Source of the DNA: Gammaproteobacteria bacterium | GTDB lineage: Bacteria; Pseudomonadota; Gammaproteobacteria; Eutrophobiales; Eutrophobiaceae | Reading direction: 5' to 3' | DNA: 64,000 nt | NCBI GenBank assembly: GCA_965243205.1 | Contig: CBDEUK010000002.1 | Location: 224,001-288,000, forward strand | Shown: in pieces, positions 39,966-49,900 of the stretch | Layout of the letters: each line of letters begins with the position of its first letter | How positions within the stretch are numbered: the first letter of the stretch is position 1 | Made by a program: the position numbers and the translations under genes | Notes under the pieces: model-generated | Told to the model about the DNA's origin: nothing | Databases searched by the model: none | What the model saw: the letters and a program-made list of their open reading frames with translations, nothing else

Positions 39966-40814
39966 CTATTCTGTTTTAGCTTTTTGAGACAGATAGATGG
40001 TAAATTCTTTAAGCAGAGAATCAGTATCTTTTCCATGAGACTTTTGAAGTGCTTCGCTAAACTCAATTCCCGATAGCAGATGCTTTATTAGGTTACCGAA
40101 TTCTTGAGAGCTTGAGTCATGGATGAAATGCACAAACAATGCCCCAACTCTGTAGAGCATCCAGTTAACGACTCCGTCTTTTGTTACTGCATCAGCGGCA
40201 TTCTTTGTAAAAAACCAATAGTCCAATTTACCTGACAAATAGGCTTCCCTTTCCTCGTGGGTCATCCGCCCGAATACTTCATTGCCTTCAGTGTAATCAG
40301 CGCCTCCGTTGGCAACAAACTCAGCGACGCCTTCTCTGAACCATAGAGGTATTCCTTCAATATGCGCCTTCTCGCCAAGATGAGTATAAAAAAGGTAATG
40401 CGTCAATTCATGTGTCGTTAACCTTTTTACTGAGCCTCTAGTGAACGCACCTGGAGACAGGAACAACTTACCCCAATATACAGCCCCTCTAACATTCTTG
40501 GATAAAAATACGTACTCATTAAATGATTCTTGGGAAGAGCATATATAAATCTCCACGGGCTTTTCGAAATTAGCGTTAAGCGAGTGCTCTACTGCTTCTT
40601 GGCTTTCGTTCAAAATCCCGCTCAAATAATGAGCATTTTGTTTTGCTGACTCTTCATATCTAATACGATTATCAGTTTCAAGAGTTAAAAAATGATCCGT
40701 TGATTTATACTTGGCCAAGACAGCTTTGACTAATATAGGCTGTGTAATCGCAATACCGATAATGGAAGCAATCGCTATAGAGACTGTCCAAATTATAGGT
40801 TTCTTAAACTTCAT
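39966..40814 (-). CDS. cassette-encoded membrane-anchored zincin (peptidase MA-like)
   Basis: N-terminal TM; HELTH (HExxH) and PLWFREGVAE motifs. Confidence 0.75.
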   Translation of the reverse strand: MKFKKPIIWTVSIAIASIIGIAITQPILVKAVLAKYKSTDHFLTLETDNRIRYEESAKQNAHYLSGILNESQEAVEHSLNANFEKPVEIYICSSQESFNEYVFLSKNVRGAVYWGKLFLSPGAFTRGSVKRLTTHELTHYLFYTHLGEKAHIEGIPLWFREGVAEFVANGGADYTEGNEVFGRMTHEEREAYLSGKLDYWFFTKNAADAVTKDGVVNWMLYRVGALFVHFIHDSSSQEFGNLIKHLLSGIEFSEALQKSHGKDTDSLLKEFTIYLSQKAKTE

Positions 40815-40841
40815 CTGTTTATATCTCTGGCATTATACAGC

Positions 40842-40902
40842 ACATAACGTTTTAACTCAGCGGCGCGCCTCTGGCGCGTCGCTTTGGAGTGAGTTGTTAT
40901 AT
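40842..40902 (-). mobile_element. attC site
   Basis: ATATAAC aactcactccaaagcgacgcgccagaggcgcgccgctgagttaaaac GTTATGT (61 bp). Confidence 0.92.
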
Positions 40903-40907
40903 GGCAT

Positions 40908-41264
40908 CTACCTTGTCATCCTTACAACGTTTAAAAGAATACTAAAGACACCATAAAAGGTACCACCTGCAGGTAAAGTTAAAGTAATAGGATTTCCATT
41001 CCTAAGCTTTAACAACAACTTGCTTCTATCTGCTTTTTCTATATTTTCGTGTTCCTCGCCATAAGTTATTTCCCTGATTTCACTGAAGCCTATTTTTTTA
41101 TTATGTTGATATATGGCTTCGTCTGATATTTTGATTCCACAGGAATCAATAGTTATAAGACTATCACTGTCATGATCAAAAACTTTGACATAAGCATTCG
41201 GGAAATTATGCTTCTCCGACTGCTTTAATATTCTTCTGGCAATAAACTCTGTACTTTTACTCAT
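40908..41264 (-). CDS. cassette-encoded hypothetical protein
   Basis: AAGGA SD; cassette runs GTTATATGGCATC...GATGCCATATAAC (perfect 13-bp complement). Confidence 0.75.
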   Translation of the reverse strand: MSKSTEFIARRILKQSEKHNFPNAYVKVFDHDSDSLITIDSCGIKISDEAIYQHNKKIGFSEIREITYGEEHENIEKADRSKLLLKLRNGNPITLTLPAGGTFYGVFSILLNVVRMTR

Positions 41265-41279
41265 AGTATCCTTGATGCC

Positions 41280-41337
41280 ATATAACGATTGAATTCAGCC
41301 GGCCGCGTTAGCGGTCGGCTGGGATGATTTGTTAGCT
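41280..41337 (-). mobile_element. attC site
   Basis: AGCTAAC aaatcatcccagccgaccgctaacgcggccggctgaattcaatc GTTATAT (58 bp); the stop codon lies within R''. Confidence 0.92.
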
Positions 41338-41760
41338 ACTATTTCTTTGTGCCTCTAAATAAAGATGAATGGCCGGAATTAATAAAAAAATACCAAACGT
41401 ACCAAAACGAAATATTTGCAATATTGCAGCCATAGCAGTTTGGTTGAAATAAATTGCGGCTAAAAAAAATAAACCTATAACACTGTATATACAGCCAATT
41501 ATGAGAAAGCCCCAAATAAAACTATTTTGATTTATTAAATTTTCAGAGCCTTTTCTTAAAAAATAAAGCCCTAAATACCAAATTGAAAATAATGATAATG
41601 AAACAATAACTAAAGTTGTGATCGTTCCAGCAAAACTATAACTACCGCCTGCTGCACCAATTAACGCATAGAAGGCACCATATAGAAATAAAACTGAACT
41701 AGGCAATAACAATACTAATAACTCAACTAAAAACAATTTTTTGCTAATTGATGGTCTCAT
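41332..41760 (-). CDS. cassette-encoded 4-TM membrane protein (first cassette)
   Basis: Four hydrophobic segments; cassette runs GTTAGCTAC...GTAGCTAAC. Confidence 0.75.
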   Translation of the reverse strand: MRPSISKKLFLVELLVLLLPSSVLFLYGAFYALIGAAGGSYSFAGTITTLVIVSLSLFSIWYLGLYFLRKGSENLINQNSFIWGFLIIGCIYSVIGLFFLAAIYFNQTAMAAILQIFRFGTFGIFLLIPAIHLYLEAQRNSS

Positions 41761-41767
41761 ATATGGT

Positions 41768-41790
41768 AGCTAACTATATTTTAAAGGAAA
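41768..41790 (-). mobile_element. attI-like site
   Basis: CCTTTAAAATATAG/TTAGCT resembles the attI1 core CCCTAAAACAAAG/TT; no attC palindrome upstream of it. Confidence 0.6.
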
Positions 41791-41793
41791 GTT

Positions 41794-42027
41794 TGTCCCA
41801 TAGTATTTTATATATTTGGAAAGGTAAAATTGCGGAAAACCTCCTTGTATCAATAAGATAAATAATAAATTAATTATAGTGGGTATATATTCAATGTGTC
41901 TACTATGCTGTTTTTAATATCAAATATTCAAACTGTCCCATATACGATATGAAAATCCTAAATGGTGTTTAAATTATTTGTTTTCAATCACTTACTGGAC
42001 ACAGGAATATTTGTAATATAGGACACA
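41794..42027. repeat. five short TGTC(C/T) repeats, three forward and two inverted
   Basis: TGTCCCA 41794, TGTGTCTA 41895, TGTCCCA 41934; GGACACA 41997 and 42021. Confidence 0.6.
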
Positions 42028-42029
42028 AT

Positions 42030-42053
42030 AAAAAAGCCGGGTATAACCCGGCT
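42030..42053 (-). terminator. intrinsic terminator after the SPFH gene
   Basis: AGCCGGGT-TAT-ACCCGGCT followed by a T run on the minus strand. Confidence 0.8.
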
Positions 42054-42080
42054 AGTATTTATAATTACTTTAAAAAGTAG

Positions 42081-43379
42081 TTACTGATTAATCATGCCGC
42101 GTCTTGGTGGTTGCATTGAAAGATCAAGACTGATGTCTTTCGCAGCTTTTGCAGTAAATAGGTCAATCAATGCAGCAGCATTAGAACCGCTACCTTCACC
42201 ACCATTACCACTCGAAGCGAATTGGATTTCAGGAACCCATTTTTGTTTTTCAATCGCTTGTGCGTAGCGATAATTAACTTCTTTCCAGGCTTTAAGTTTT
42301 TGTTCCAAAGCATTATCAGCTGCCATCTTTAAACGACGTGCTTCGGCTTCACCTTCACCACGTGCAATGGCTGCTTGTTTTTCTTCATAAGCTGCAAGTT
42401 TGTCTTGTTCAGCGGCAAGTTTATTTTGCTCGTTTACTTCTACTTTTTTCACGGCTTCAATCACTGCAATTTCTTTTTGTTTTTCTGCATCAACCACTGC
42501 TTTGATTTTTTCGACCTCTTTTTCATAACGCGCTTTGGTCACAGCCGCTTTACCTTTTTCTTCTGCGGTAATCGCTTCTTGTTTTGCTGCTTCAGCTTCC
42601 GCTTTGGCCGTAATGATTTTCATGGTTTGTTCACGTTTATCCGAGATTTGTTGCAGAGTACGTTTTTCGTAATCCCATTTGGTAATTTGATACTGACCAG
42701 TGATTAAACCGTATTCTTGTAGTGGAGAGCTATTACCGTAAACAACTTTGCCATCTCTATAATCAATTTGTGCGACTTGACGACATTCGCGTTCACCAGC
42801 GGCATTCTCTTCACAAATGGTTGTTTCTTTCGTCGCAAATGCGCCAATTTCAGCTTGTTCGCGTCCCCAACGTTTGAAGGTTTCACGTTTTTCCGCGTAT
42901 GAACCTTCTGATGACATTAACGCAGCGGTTAAGTTAAGTGCTTCGTTGATCGCAGGTTTAACCAAATTATTGGCAACGCCTTCTTGAGATCGGAAGGTAC
43001 GATGTAGATTCAACATAGTTTCTTCGTCAGTTGGTAGAATCCATCGATACACGCCATGAATTTCACCTAAACCACCATCGTTATAACGAACTTCTACTGG
43101 TGGAGTTCCTAATGTACTCTCAACAATATCTTGCTCAGGGCCAACGCCAAAAGTGTAGGTTCCAGAATCTTTATAGACAGTCTCTTTACCAAAAAAGGTA
43201 AAGTAGAGGCCAGGTGTGAATTTTACGAAGGTGGTTCCCCAAGGGTATTGCACAACGGTTCGGAAACCATTGTCGTTGATACCGGTGCTAAATAAGATAA
43301 GCAATACTATAAGTGCCAGAATCATAAAATTGCCTAAAAAGGCACTACCGGCAGAAAAAAATCGTTTGATCAGGGACAT
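42081..43379 (-). CDS. SPFH/band-7 domain protein with long coiled coil
   Basis: N-terminal TM, VRYNDGG band-7-like core, Ala/Glu/Lys-rich flotillin-like tail. Confidence 0.75.
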   Translation of the reverse strand: MSLIKRFFSAGSAFLGNFMILALIVLLILFSTGINDNGFRTVVQYPWGTTFVKFTPGLYFTFFGKETVYKDSGTYTFGVGPEQDIVESTLGTPPVEVRYNDGGLGEIHGVYRWILPTDEETMLNLHRTFRSQEGVANNLVKPAINEALNLTAALMSSEGSYAEKRETFKRWGREQAEIGAFATKETTICEENAAGERECRQVAQIDYRDGKVVYGNSSPLQEYGLITGQYQITKWDYEKRTLQQISDKREQTMKIITAKAEAEAAKQEAITAEEKGKAAVTKARYEKEVEKIKAVVDAEKQKEIAVIEAVKKVEVNEQNKLAAEQDKLAAYEEKQAAIARGEGEAEARRLKMAADNALEQKLKAWKEVNYRYAQAIEKQKWVPEIQFASSGNGGEGSGSNAAALIDLFTAKAAKDISLDLSMQPPRRGMINQ

Positions 43380-43381
43380 AT

Positions 43382-43546
43382 TTATTCTCCTTTATTGGAA
43401 TCGTGTTCTTCGTTGACGACCTCGCCCTCAATAATGCGGCCGTTTTTCTTTTCTTCTTGCATAGCTCTTTGTTTTTCTTCAAATTTTTGTTGAATTAGGC
43501 GAACAGCTAGAAAGATAGCCAAAAATGACAAGATGAGTTTAAACAT
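43382..43546 (-). CDS. small single-TM protein (54 aa) upstream of SPFH, absent from the ORF track
   Basis: Translated by hand: MFKLILSFLAIFLAVRLIQQKFEEKQRAMQEEKKNGRIIEGEVVNEEHDSNKGE*; its 3' end contains the SPFH SD (AGGAG). Confidence 0.7.
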   Translation of the reverse strand: MFKLILSFLAIFLAVRLIQQKFEEKQRAMQEEKKNGRIIEGEVVNEEHDSNKGE

Positions 43547-43810
43547 AGTGTTTTCCCGCTCTGTTTTTGTTCAATGGATCTTAGCCCACTTAAAAATATG
43601 TTCGTACTAATATGGGGGAGTAAATGAGGATTTCAAGAAAAAAATAAATAAAATATAATAAAAACAATAATTTATATAAAAATAGAGAATTAATATATTA
43701 AATATTAAGAATTAATAAACCATTTTAAATTATTAATTTATATAGAATTTTATTGATTCAGAAACGAATAGAGTTATACTAAACAGTAGAAAATTACATG
43801 GAAAATAATA

Positions 43811-44917
43811 GTGTTAAACTATATTTTTAAGAATAATTCTAGATTATTGTTTACAGGCCTAATGTTTCTATCATTAGATGTGTCTGCGTTTACGATAATT
43901 CAGATTTTCCAAGATATTGATGATATCGATATTTCTCCTGGTGCATCTCCCAGTACTTTAATAACTGATGTAAATACAATCGATACCAGTGTGAAATCCG
44001 TAAACACTGGATTGAATAATCGAGTGAATAAAGTACTAAATCAACCGGATCGCATAAGTACCGGTTCTTTATCAAACACCATCAAACAAAACTCTACTGG
44101 AATGGCAGCTGGAGATCCTGCAAATGGGGTTGGAGTTTGGGTTAGTTATGGTTATTCGGATTTTGAAAATGATTTTTCTTCGACACAATTTGATGGTCGT
44201 ACTCATACAGCACTTTTAGGTATCGATTTTATGCCTACCAGTAACACTGTCGTTGGTATTGCGTTTGGAATAGAAAATACTGAAACCGACACTGATTTTA
44301 ATTCTGGAGATCAAAAAACCAATGGTTTCACCGTTGCTCCGTATGCAGGAGTATCGATTAATGAGCATGTTAGTGTGGATGTAAGTTTAGGTTATAGTAA
44401 ATTGGATAATGAACAACAGTCAGTTTTTCCTATAACTGGTCTCGGTGATATTCCTGCCGAGAGTGATTATGATAGTGAACGTTGGTTCGTTAATGGAAAT
44501 ATTAATGGTTTTTATTCATTAAATAATTGGTTGTTCACTGGGCAGTTCGGACTGTTATGGGCAAAAAACAGGCAAGAACAATATCAAGACATACTTGTTG
44601 GGGCTGGACCAAGAAATGTACTTGGGCGTGTAACCAGACTAGAGCAGTTTTATCTGACTACTGAGGCAGCTTATACAATTGATCAATTTGAACCTTATGC
44701 ACGCGTGAGTTATGTAAGAGATTTTTCTCGAACACGTTTGCAATTGGATCCATCATTAGAACAACCTTCAGATGATAAAGATGAGTTCTTAGTAGGTGGT
44801 GGTTTGCGTGTTTTTGCAAATCAAAGTATTAGTGGTAACTTTGAATATAATAAACGCCTAGGTAGAGATGATTTTGAAGAAGATATTGTATCCTTCTTCT
44901 TAAGAGTAGATTTATAA
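43811..44917 (+). CDS. autotransporter-type outer-membrane beta-barrel with very short passenger
   Basis: Signal peptide, TGMAAGD..GVW linker, alternating beta strands to the C-terminus. Confidence 0.75.
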   Translation: MLNYIFKNNSRLLFTGLMFLSLDVSAFTIIQIFQDIDDIDISPGASPSTLITDVNTIDTSVKSVNTGLNNRVNKVLNQPDRISTGSLSNTIKQNSTGMAAGDPANGVGVWVSYGYSDFENDFSSTQFDGRTHTALLGIDFMPTSNTVVGIAFGIENTETDTDFNSGDQKTNGFTVAPYAGVSINEHVSVDVSLGYSKLDNEQQSVFPITGLGDIPAESDYDSERWFVNGNINGFYSLNNWLFTGQFGLLWAKNRQEQYQDILVGAGPRNVLGRVTRLEQFYLTTEAAYTIDQFEPYARVSYVRDFSRTRLQLDPSLEQPSDDKDEFLVGGGLRVFANQSISGNFEYNKRLGRDDFEEDIVSFFLRVDL

Positions 44918-46474
44918 ATCGTTAATTACCCCTTGTTCTAGTAAAGCCTGGTATTGTCTTATTGAATGCGTCGCTAGATATTCAGTAGGTGCATAAAAGT
45001 CTGTAAATAATTTCGCTTGTTCTAACTCTTCTTTATTCATAAAAAATTCTTTTTTAGCAATTAACTTAAGTTCAGAATGTATGAAGTCAATATGTTTGGC
45101 TTTATTCAAATCAATGCGTTTATGATTGTTATGGCCGATAAAAATAAAATTTTGTAATCCAGAATGGTTAGGGCTCACAGTTGCAATCATGTATGTTTGT
45201 GGAAAAGTTAATTGCATTGTTTTTTGTAAGGATAGTATTAAAGCTTTATCTTTTAAGCTACCAAAGACGTTAGCTATAAACACTCCATTTTGATTTAGTC
45301 GATGCAGTGCCAATTTAAAAAATTCTTGAGTAACAAAATGCGTAGGAATTGCTGCAAACGAGCGATAGACATCGGAAAAGATGACATCATAAGTTTGTGT
45401 TGTTTCAAATAAAAAACGTCTTCCATCTTGTATATAGTTATTATGTTGTTGTGATTCAGGTAATTGAAAATAAATTTTAGCAATATGAAATAGATGTGGT
45501 TCTATTTCAACCGTATCAATTTTTATAGAAGGGTAAGTTTCTATTATTTCTTTGGGAACGGAGTAAGCACCTCCACCTATGGATAAAAATCGATTAGCCA
45601 GAGGAGTGAATAATTTAAATAATTCATAGTATTTGGTGTAGTCAAAACCCATAGATGCATCGTCTAAATACATACCACTGTTAGGATTTTTATCTTGTAA
45701 TAATAATCGTAATGTTTTGCCATTTACTTCTCTGTCAATGACTGAAATATTTTCATAGAGACCTTGATGATGATAAACAACATCATGTTTCTGATTAAGA
45801 AAAATTGATGTGAGAAAGTAATGAGAAATTATGAAAAGTAAAATAATAACAAGCCATTTTGTATTTTTAATATTTGAAAAACATAACCCAATAGCGGAAA
45901 GTATAAGCAAGCTATAGCTTACAAATATAATAATATTATCAATTGCAAAATTAGGGATTAATACAAAACCAGTCGATAAGCTGCCAATAATGCTACCAAG
46001 TGTAGAGCAGAAAAAAACATTACCAATATTCTGACCTTGTTTTGCCTCTATTTGAGTAGTTTGCAATAACCGTATGGCGTAAGGCGATAACAAACCTAAT
46101 ATAAATGCGGGTATAAAAAATAATAATAATGAAGCATATAAAGGCCCAGTAAGCATATCTAATTTGTATGAAATATCAGGCAATATTTTTATGGTTAGTA
46201 TGTGTAAACCAATAACGGAAAAACCTGATAGTAAGATTATGTTATAAAATATAGATGGAGTGAGTTTCCAATCAGATAAACGTCCACCTAGATAATAACC
46301 TAGGCTTAAGGCTAATAAGATAATGCTAATGATGCTTGAAAAGGTATAGAGGGTATTACCAAAGTAGGGTGCTAGTATTCGTGTAGCGAGGATTTCAATG
46401 ATCAATACTGCCATGCCGGTTAAAAAAACCGATACCAATACGAATGCTTGGTTAATCAGTTGTTTAACAGACAT
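44912..46474 (-). CDS. fused membrane (MFS-like)/spermidine-synthase-like methyltransferase
   Basis: EILATRILAPYFG membrane part; IGGGAY, VEIEP and DGR SAM-binding fold. Confidence 0.8.
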   Translation of the reverse strand: MSVKQLINQAFVLVSVFLTGMAVLIIEILATRILAPYFGNTLYTFSSIISIILLALSLGYYLGGRLSDWKLTPSIFYNIILLSGFSVIGLHILTIKILPDISYKLDMLTGPLYASLLLFFIPAFILGLLSPYAIRLLQTTQIEAKQGQNIGNVFFCSTLGSIIGSLSTGFVLIPNFAIDNIIIFVSYSLLILSAIGLCFSNIKNTKWLVIILLFIISHYFLTSIFLNQKHDVVYHHQGLYENISVIDREVNGKTLRLLLQDKNPNSGMYLDDASMGFDYTKYYELFKLFTPLANRFLSIGGGAYSVPKEIIETYPSIKIDTVEIEPHLFHIAKIYFQLPESQQHNNYIQDGRRFLFETTQTYDVIFSDVYRSFAAIPTHFVTQEFFKLALHRLNQNGVFIANVFGSLKDKALILSLQKTMQLTFPQTYMIATVSPNHSGLQNFIFIGHNNHKRIDLNKAKHIDFIHSELKLIAKKEFFMNKEELEQAKLFTDFYAPTEYLATHSIRQYQALLEQGVINDL

Positions 46475-46497
46475 CTTTAAGGATGATAATGCGTTTA

Positions 46498-46914
46498 TTA
46501 AATATCCGGGTTATTACCTCCAAACCCGAAGTCACGTCTGGCTGAGATAATTGATACGGTGAATCCTGCTACAACATCTACCAATGCCATTAAAGTTAAT
46601 GCAGCAAAAGTTGTGTTACCCGCTTTAGCACTTAATATAAATTGAATTAACATACCAACAAACACAATCATTGAAAGTACATGATCCAGAATTGAACCTG
46701 CTGTAGTACGTGTAGCTTTAAAAATTTCGACATATAAAAAGGCAATACCTGTTAATAAGAAAATATCACCAATCGAAACATTCCAAGTAGCAGTTGAAGG
46801 TAAATCTACAGAAAATAATGTTTTACTTATGTCACCATCACCTAGAACAAATGCAAATAGATTATAAGCAATCCATAAAACAGCAAATAAGGGAAACGAG
46901 CGTATGATAAACAT
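46498..46914 (-). CDS. conserved-looking 4-TM hypothetical protein
   Basis: E..KAT, DH.LS and DVVAGFTVSI..ARRD motifs; hydrophobic. Confidence 0.7.
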   Translation of the reverse strand: MFIIRSFPLFAVLWIAYNLFAFVLGDGDISKTLFSVDLPSTATWNVSIGDIFLLTGIAFLYVEIFKATRTTAGSILDHVLSMIVFVGMLIQFILSAKAGNTTFAALTLMALVDVVAGFTVSIISARRDFGFGGNNPDI

Positions 46915-46999
46915 ATTGATGATCCTATTATGTTGTTATTAAAAAGACCTGCTATTTATATTTTTAGTATGACATTAATAAATTTTTTATAAACTAATT

Positions 47000-49900
47000 T
47001 TAATTCTCATAACCTAAATTCGGTGCTAGCCAACGTTCAATTTCTTCTAATGTCATGTTTTTACGTTTGGCATAATCTTTAACTTGATCTTTATTGATTT
47101 TGCCCAATCCAAAATAACGAGATTCAGGATGGCTGAAATACCAACCGCTAACGGCAGCTGTTGGATACATAGCAAAGTTTTCAGTAATTGTAATGCCCGT
47201 ATTTTCTTCGACATCTAACAAATCCCATAATAAGGCTTTTTCAGTATGGTCTGGGCAAGCAGGGTAACCTGGAGCAGGGCGGATGCCTTTGTATTCTTCA
47301 GAAATTAATGCTTCATTATCTAAACCTTCTTCTTTTGCATAACCCCAATATTCTTGTCGAACTTTGGCATGTAAGCATTCGGCAAAGGCCTCTGCAAATC
47401 GATCGGCTAACGCTTTTAGCATGATAGCATTATAATCATCATGGTCATCTTCAAAAGCTTTAACACGTTCTTCCATATCAAAACCAGCGGCAACAGCAAA
47501 TACACCAATATAATCTTCAATGTTTGAAGATTTTGGTGCAATATAATCTGCCAAGGCAAAGTTAGGTTGGCCAGGTGGCTTTTGAGTTTGTTGACGTAAA
47601 GAATGAATAGTCGTTATTAATTCAGTACGATTGTCATCAGTATAAATTTCGATATCATCATCAACTGCATTAGCCGCAAACAAACCAAACATACCTTTAG
47701 CGGTAAACCATTTCTCTTTTACAATGGTTTCTAACATTTGTTTAGCATCGTTATATAAACGTGTTGCTTCTTCGCCAACGATTTCGTCTTCTAATATTCG
47801 TGGAAAACGTCCAGCCAATTCCCAGGCAATAAAGAATGGTGTCCAATCAAAGTATTCAACTAGTTCTTCTAATGGGAAGTCATCAAAAATGGTAATGCCA
47901 AGTTTATTAGGTTTAGTAACAGCATGATTTTGCCAATCGGTTTTAAAGGCATTATTTCTTGCTTCTTCAATACTTAACCATTTTGTTTTAGCTTGTTTAC
48001 CTGCATGGCGTTCACGTACCGTTTCGTATTCTTGTTTAATTTTTGCAGCGAATGCAGATTTTAAATCTTTGCTAATTAAATTTTGCGCAACTCCAACAGC
48101 ACGTGAGGCATCTTTAACATGCACCACAGGTTCAGTATATTGAGGTTCTATTTTAACGGCGGTATGTGCACGAGATGTGGTAGCACCGCCAATTAATAAT
48201 GGCAAATTGAATTCTTGGCGCTGCATTTCTTTTGCAACATGAACCATTTCATCTAAAGAAGGTGTGATTAACCCACTTAAACCAATCACATCAGCGTTTT
48301 CTTCTTTTGCGGTTTGTAAAATTTTTTCAGCAGGAACCATTACACCCATATCAATGACTTCAAAGTTATTACATTGCAATACAACAGCAACAATGTTTTT
48401 ACCAATGTCATGTACATCGCCTTTAACGGTTGCCATGATGATCTTGCCATTGTTTTGACTCTCTTCAATACCACTTTTAGCTTTTTCTTCTTCAATGAAT
48501 GGTATGAGATAGGCTACAGCTTTTTTCATAACGCGTGCACTTTTTACCACTTGTGGTAAAAACATTTTTCCATCGCCAAACAAATCCCCGACGACATTCA
48601 TACCGTCCATTAACGGTCCTTCGATAACATGTAATGGTTTGTCTGCTTGTTGACGTGCTTCTTCAGTATCGTCTTCAATAAAATCACTGATACCTTTTAC
48701 TAAGGCATGAGTTAAACGTTCACCAACCGAACCGTTACGCCATTCCAGGTCGACTTTCTTTTCTTTACTGGCGCCAGCTTTAACGGTTTCGGCAAATTCG
48801 ACTAGACGATCAGTAGCATCATCACGACGATTTAATAAAACATCTTCAATGTATTCGAGTAAGTCTTTAGGTACTTCATCGTAAACTTCTAATTGGCCAG
48901 CGTTCACAATACCCATGTCCATACCGTTATGAATAGCGTGATATAAAAACGCTGCATGCATCGCCTCGCGCACAGGATTGTTTCCACGGAATGAGAAAGA
49001 GACATTACTTAAACCGCCACTGACTAGCGCATGAGGTAAGTTATCTTTAATCTGCTTCGTCGCTTCAAAGAAAGACACCGCATAGTTATTATGTTCTTCC
49101 ATACCAGTAGCAACAGTTAAGATATTTGGATCAAAGATAATATCTTCAGGCGGGAAACCAACTTCATTCACAAGAATATCATAAGAACGTTTGCAAACTT
49201 CAAAGCGCCGTTCGGTTGTATCGGCTTGGCCGGTCTCATCAAACGCCATAACAACAGTTGCTGCACCATAACGGCGAATAAGCTTTGCTTGTTGTTTAAA
49301 TTTTTCTTCGCCTTCTTTGAGTGAAATTGAATTCACAATACATTTGCCTTGAACACAACGTAAGCCTGATTCGATCACTGTCCATTTTGAAGAGTCGATC
49401 ATTATCGGTACACGACTGATATCAGGTTCAGATGCAATCAAGTTTAAAAAGTCATGCATGAGCTGTTCTGAATCCAACATGCCTTCGTCCATACAGACAT
49501 CGATAACTTGTGCACCGTTTTCAACTTGTTGGCGCGCAACGTCTAAGGCGGCTTCTAAATCTTCTTCTTCTTTCACTAAGCGTAAGAATTTGGGTGAACC
49601 AGCAACATTGGTCCGTTCACCAACATTTACAAAGTTAACTTCAGGGGTAATGTTGAAAGGTTCTAAACCACTTAAGCGTTGTACTGTATCTATCTTAGGA
49701 ATTTTACGTGGTGTTACTGTTGCAACGACACCCGCCATTGCTTTGATATGAGCAGGGGAGGTACCACAACAGCCGCCGACAATATTTAACAAGCCAGTCT
49801 CTGCCCATTCTTTAATATGTTCACCCATCGGTTCAGCATCAAGATCGTATTCTCCAAACTCATTCGGTAAACCAGCGTTTGGATGTGCACTAACATGAGT

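Larger units (their letters stand above)
38295..41790 (-). mobile_element. integron gene-cassette array lacking a nearby integrase (CALIN)
   Basis: Co-oriented short genes separated by 58-61 bp attC palindromes; the ends of four cassettes are self-complementary. Confidence 0.9.

Noticed and set aside
39878-40066. 62-aa minus-strand ORF from the track
   Set aside because: Overlaps the peptidase out of frame; the 54-aa ORF at 39793-39957 fits the cassette better
39116-41337. attC repeats considered as a CRISPR array or REP/terminator hairpins
   Set aside because: The spacers are whole genes, the repeats carry RYYYAAC/GTTRRRY ends with cassette-specific complementarity, and no cas genes are present
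41775-42030. intI pseudogene or LexA box beside attI
   Set aside because: No ORF with tyrosine-recombinase motifs and no CTGT-N8-ACAG found by eye
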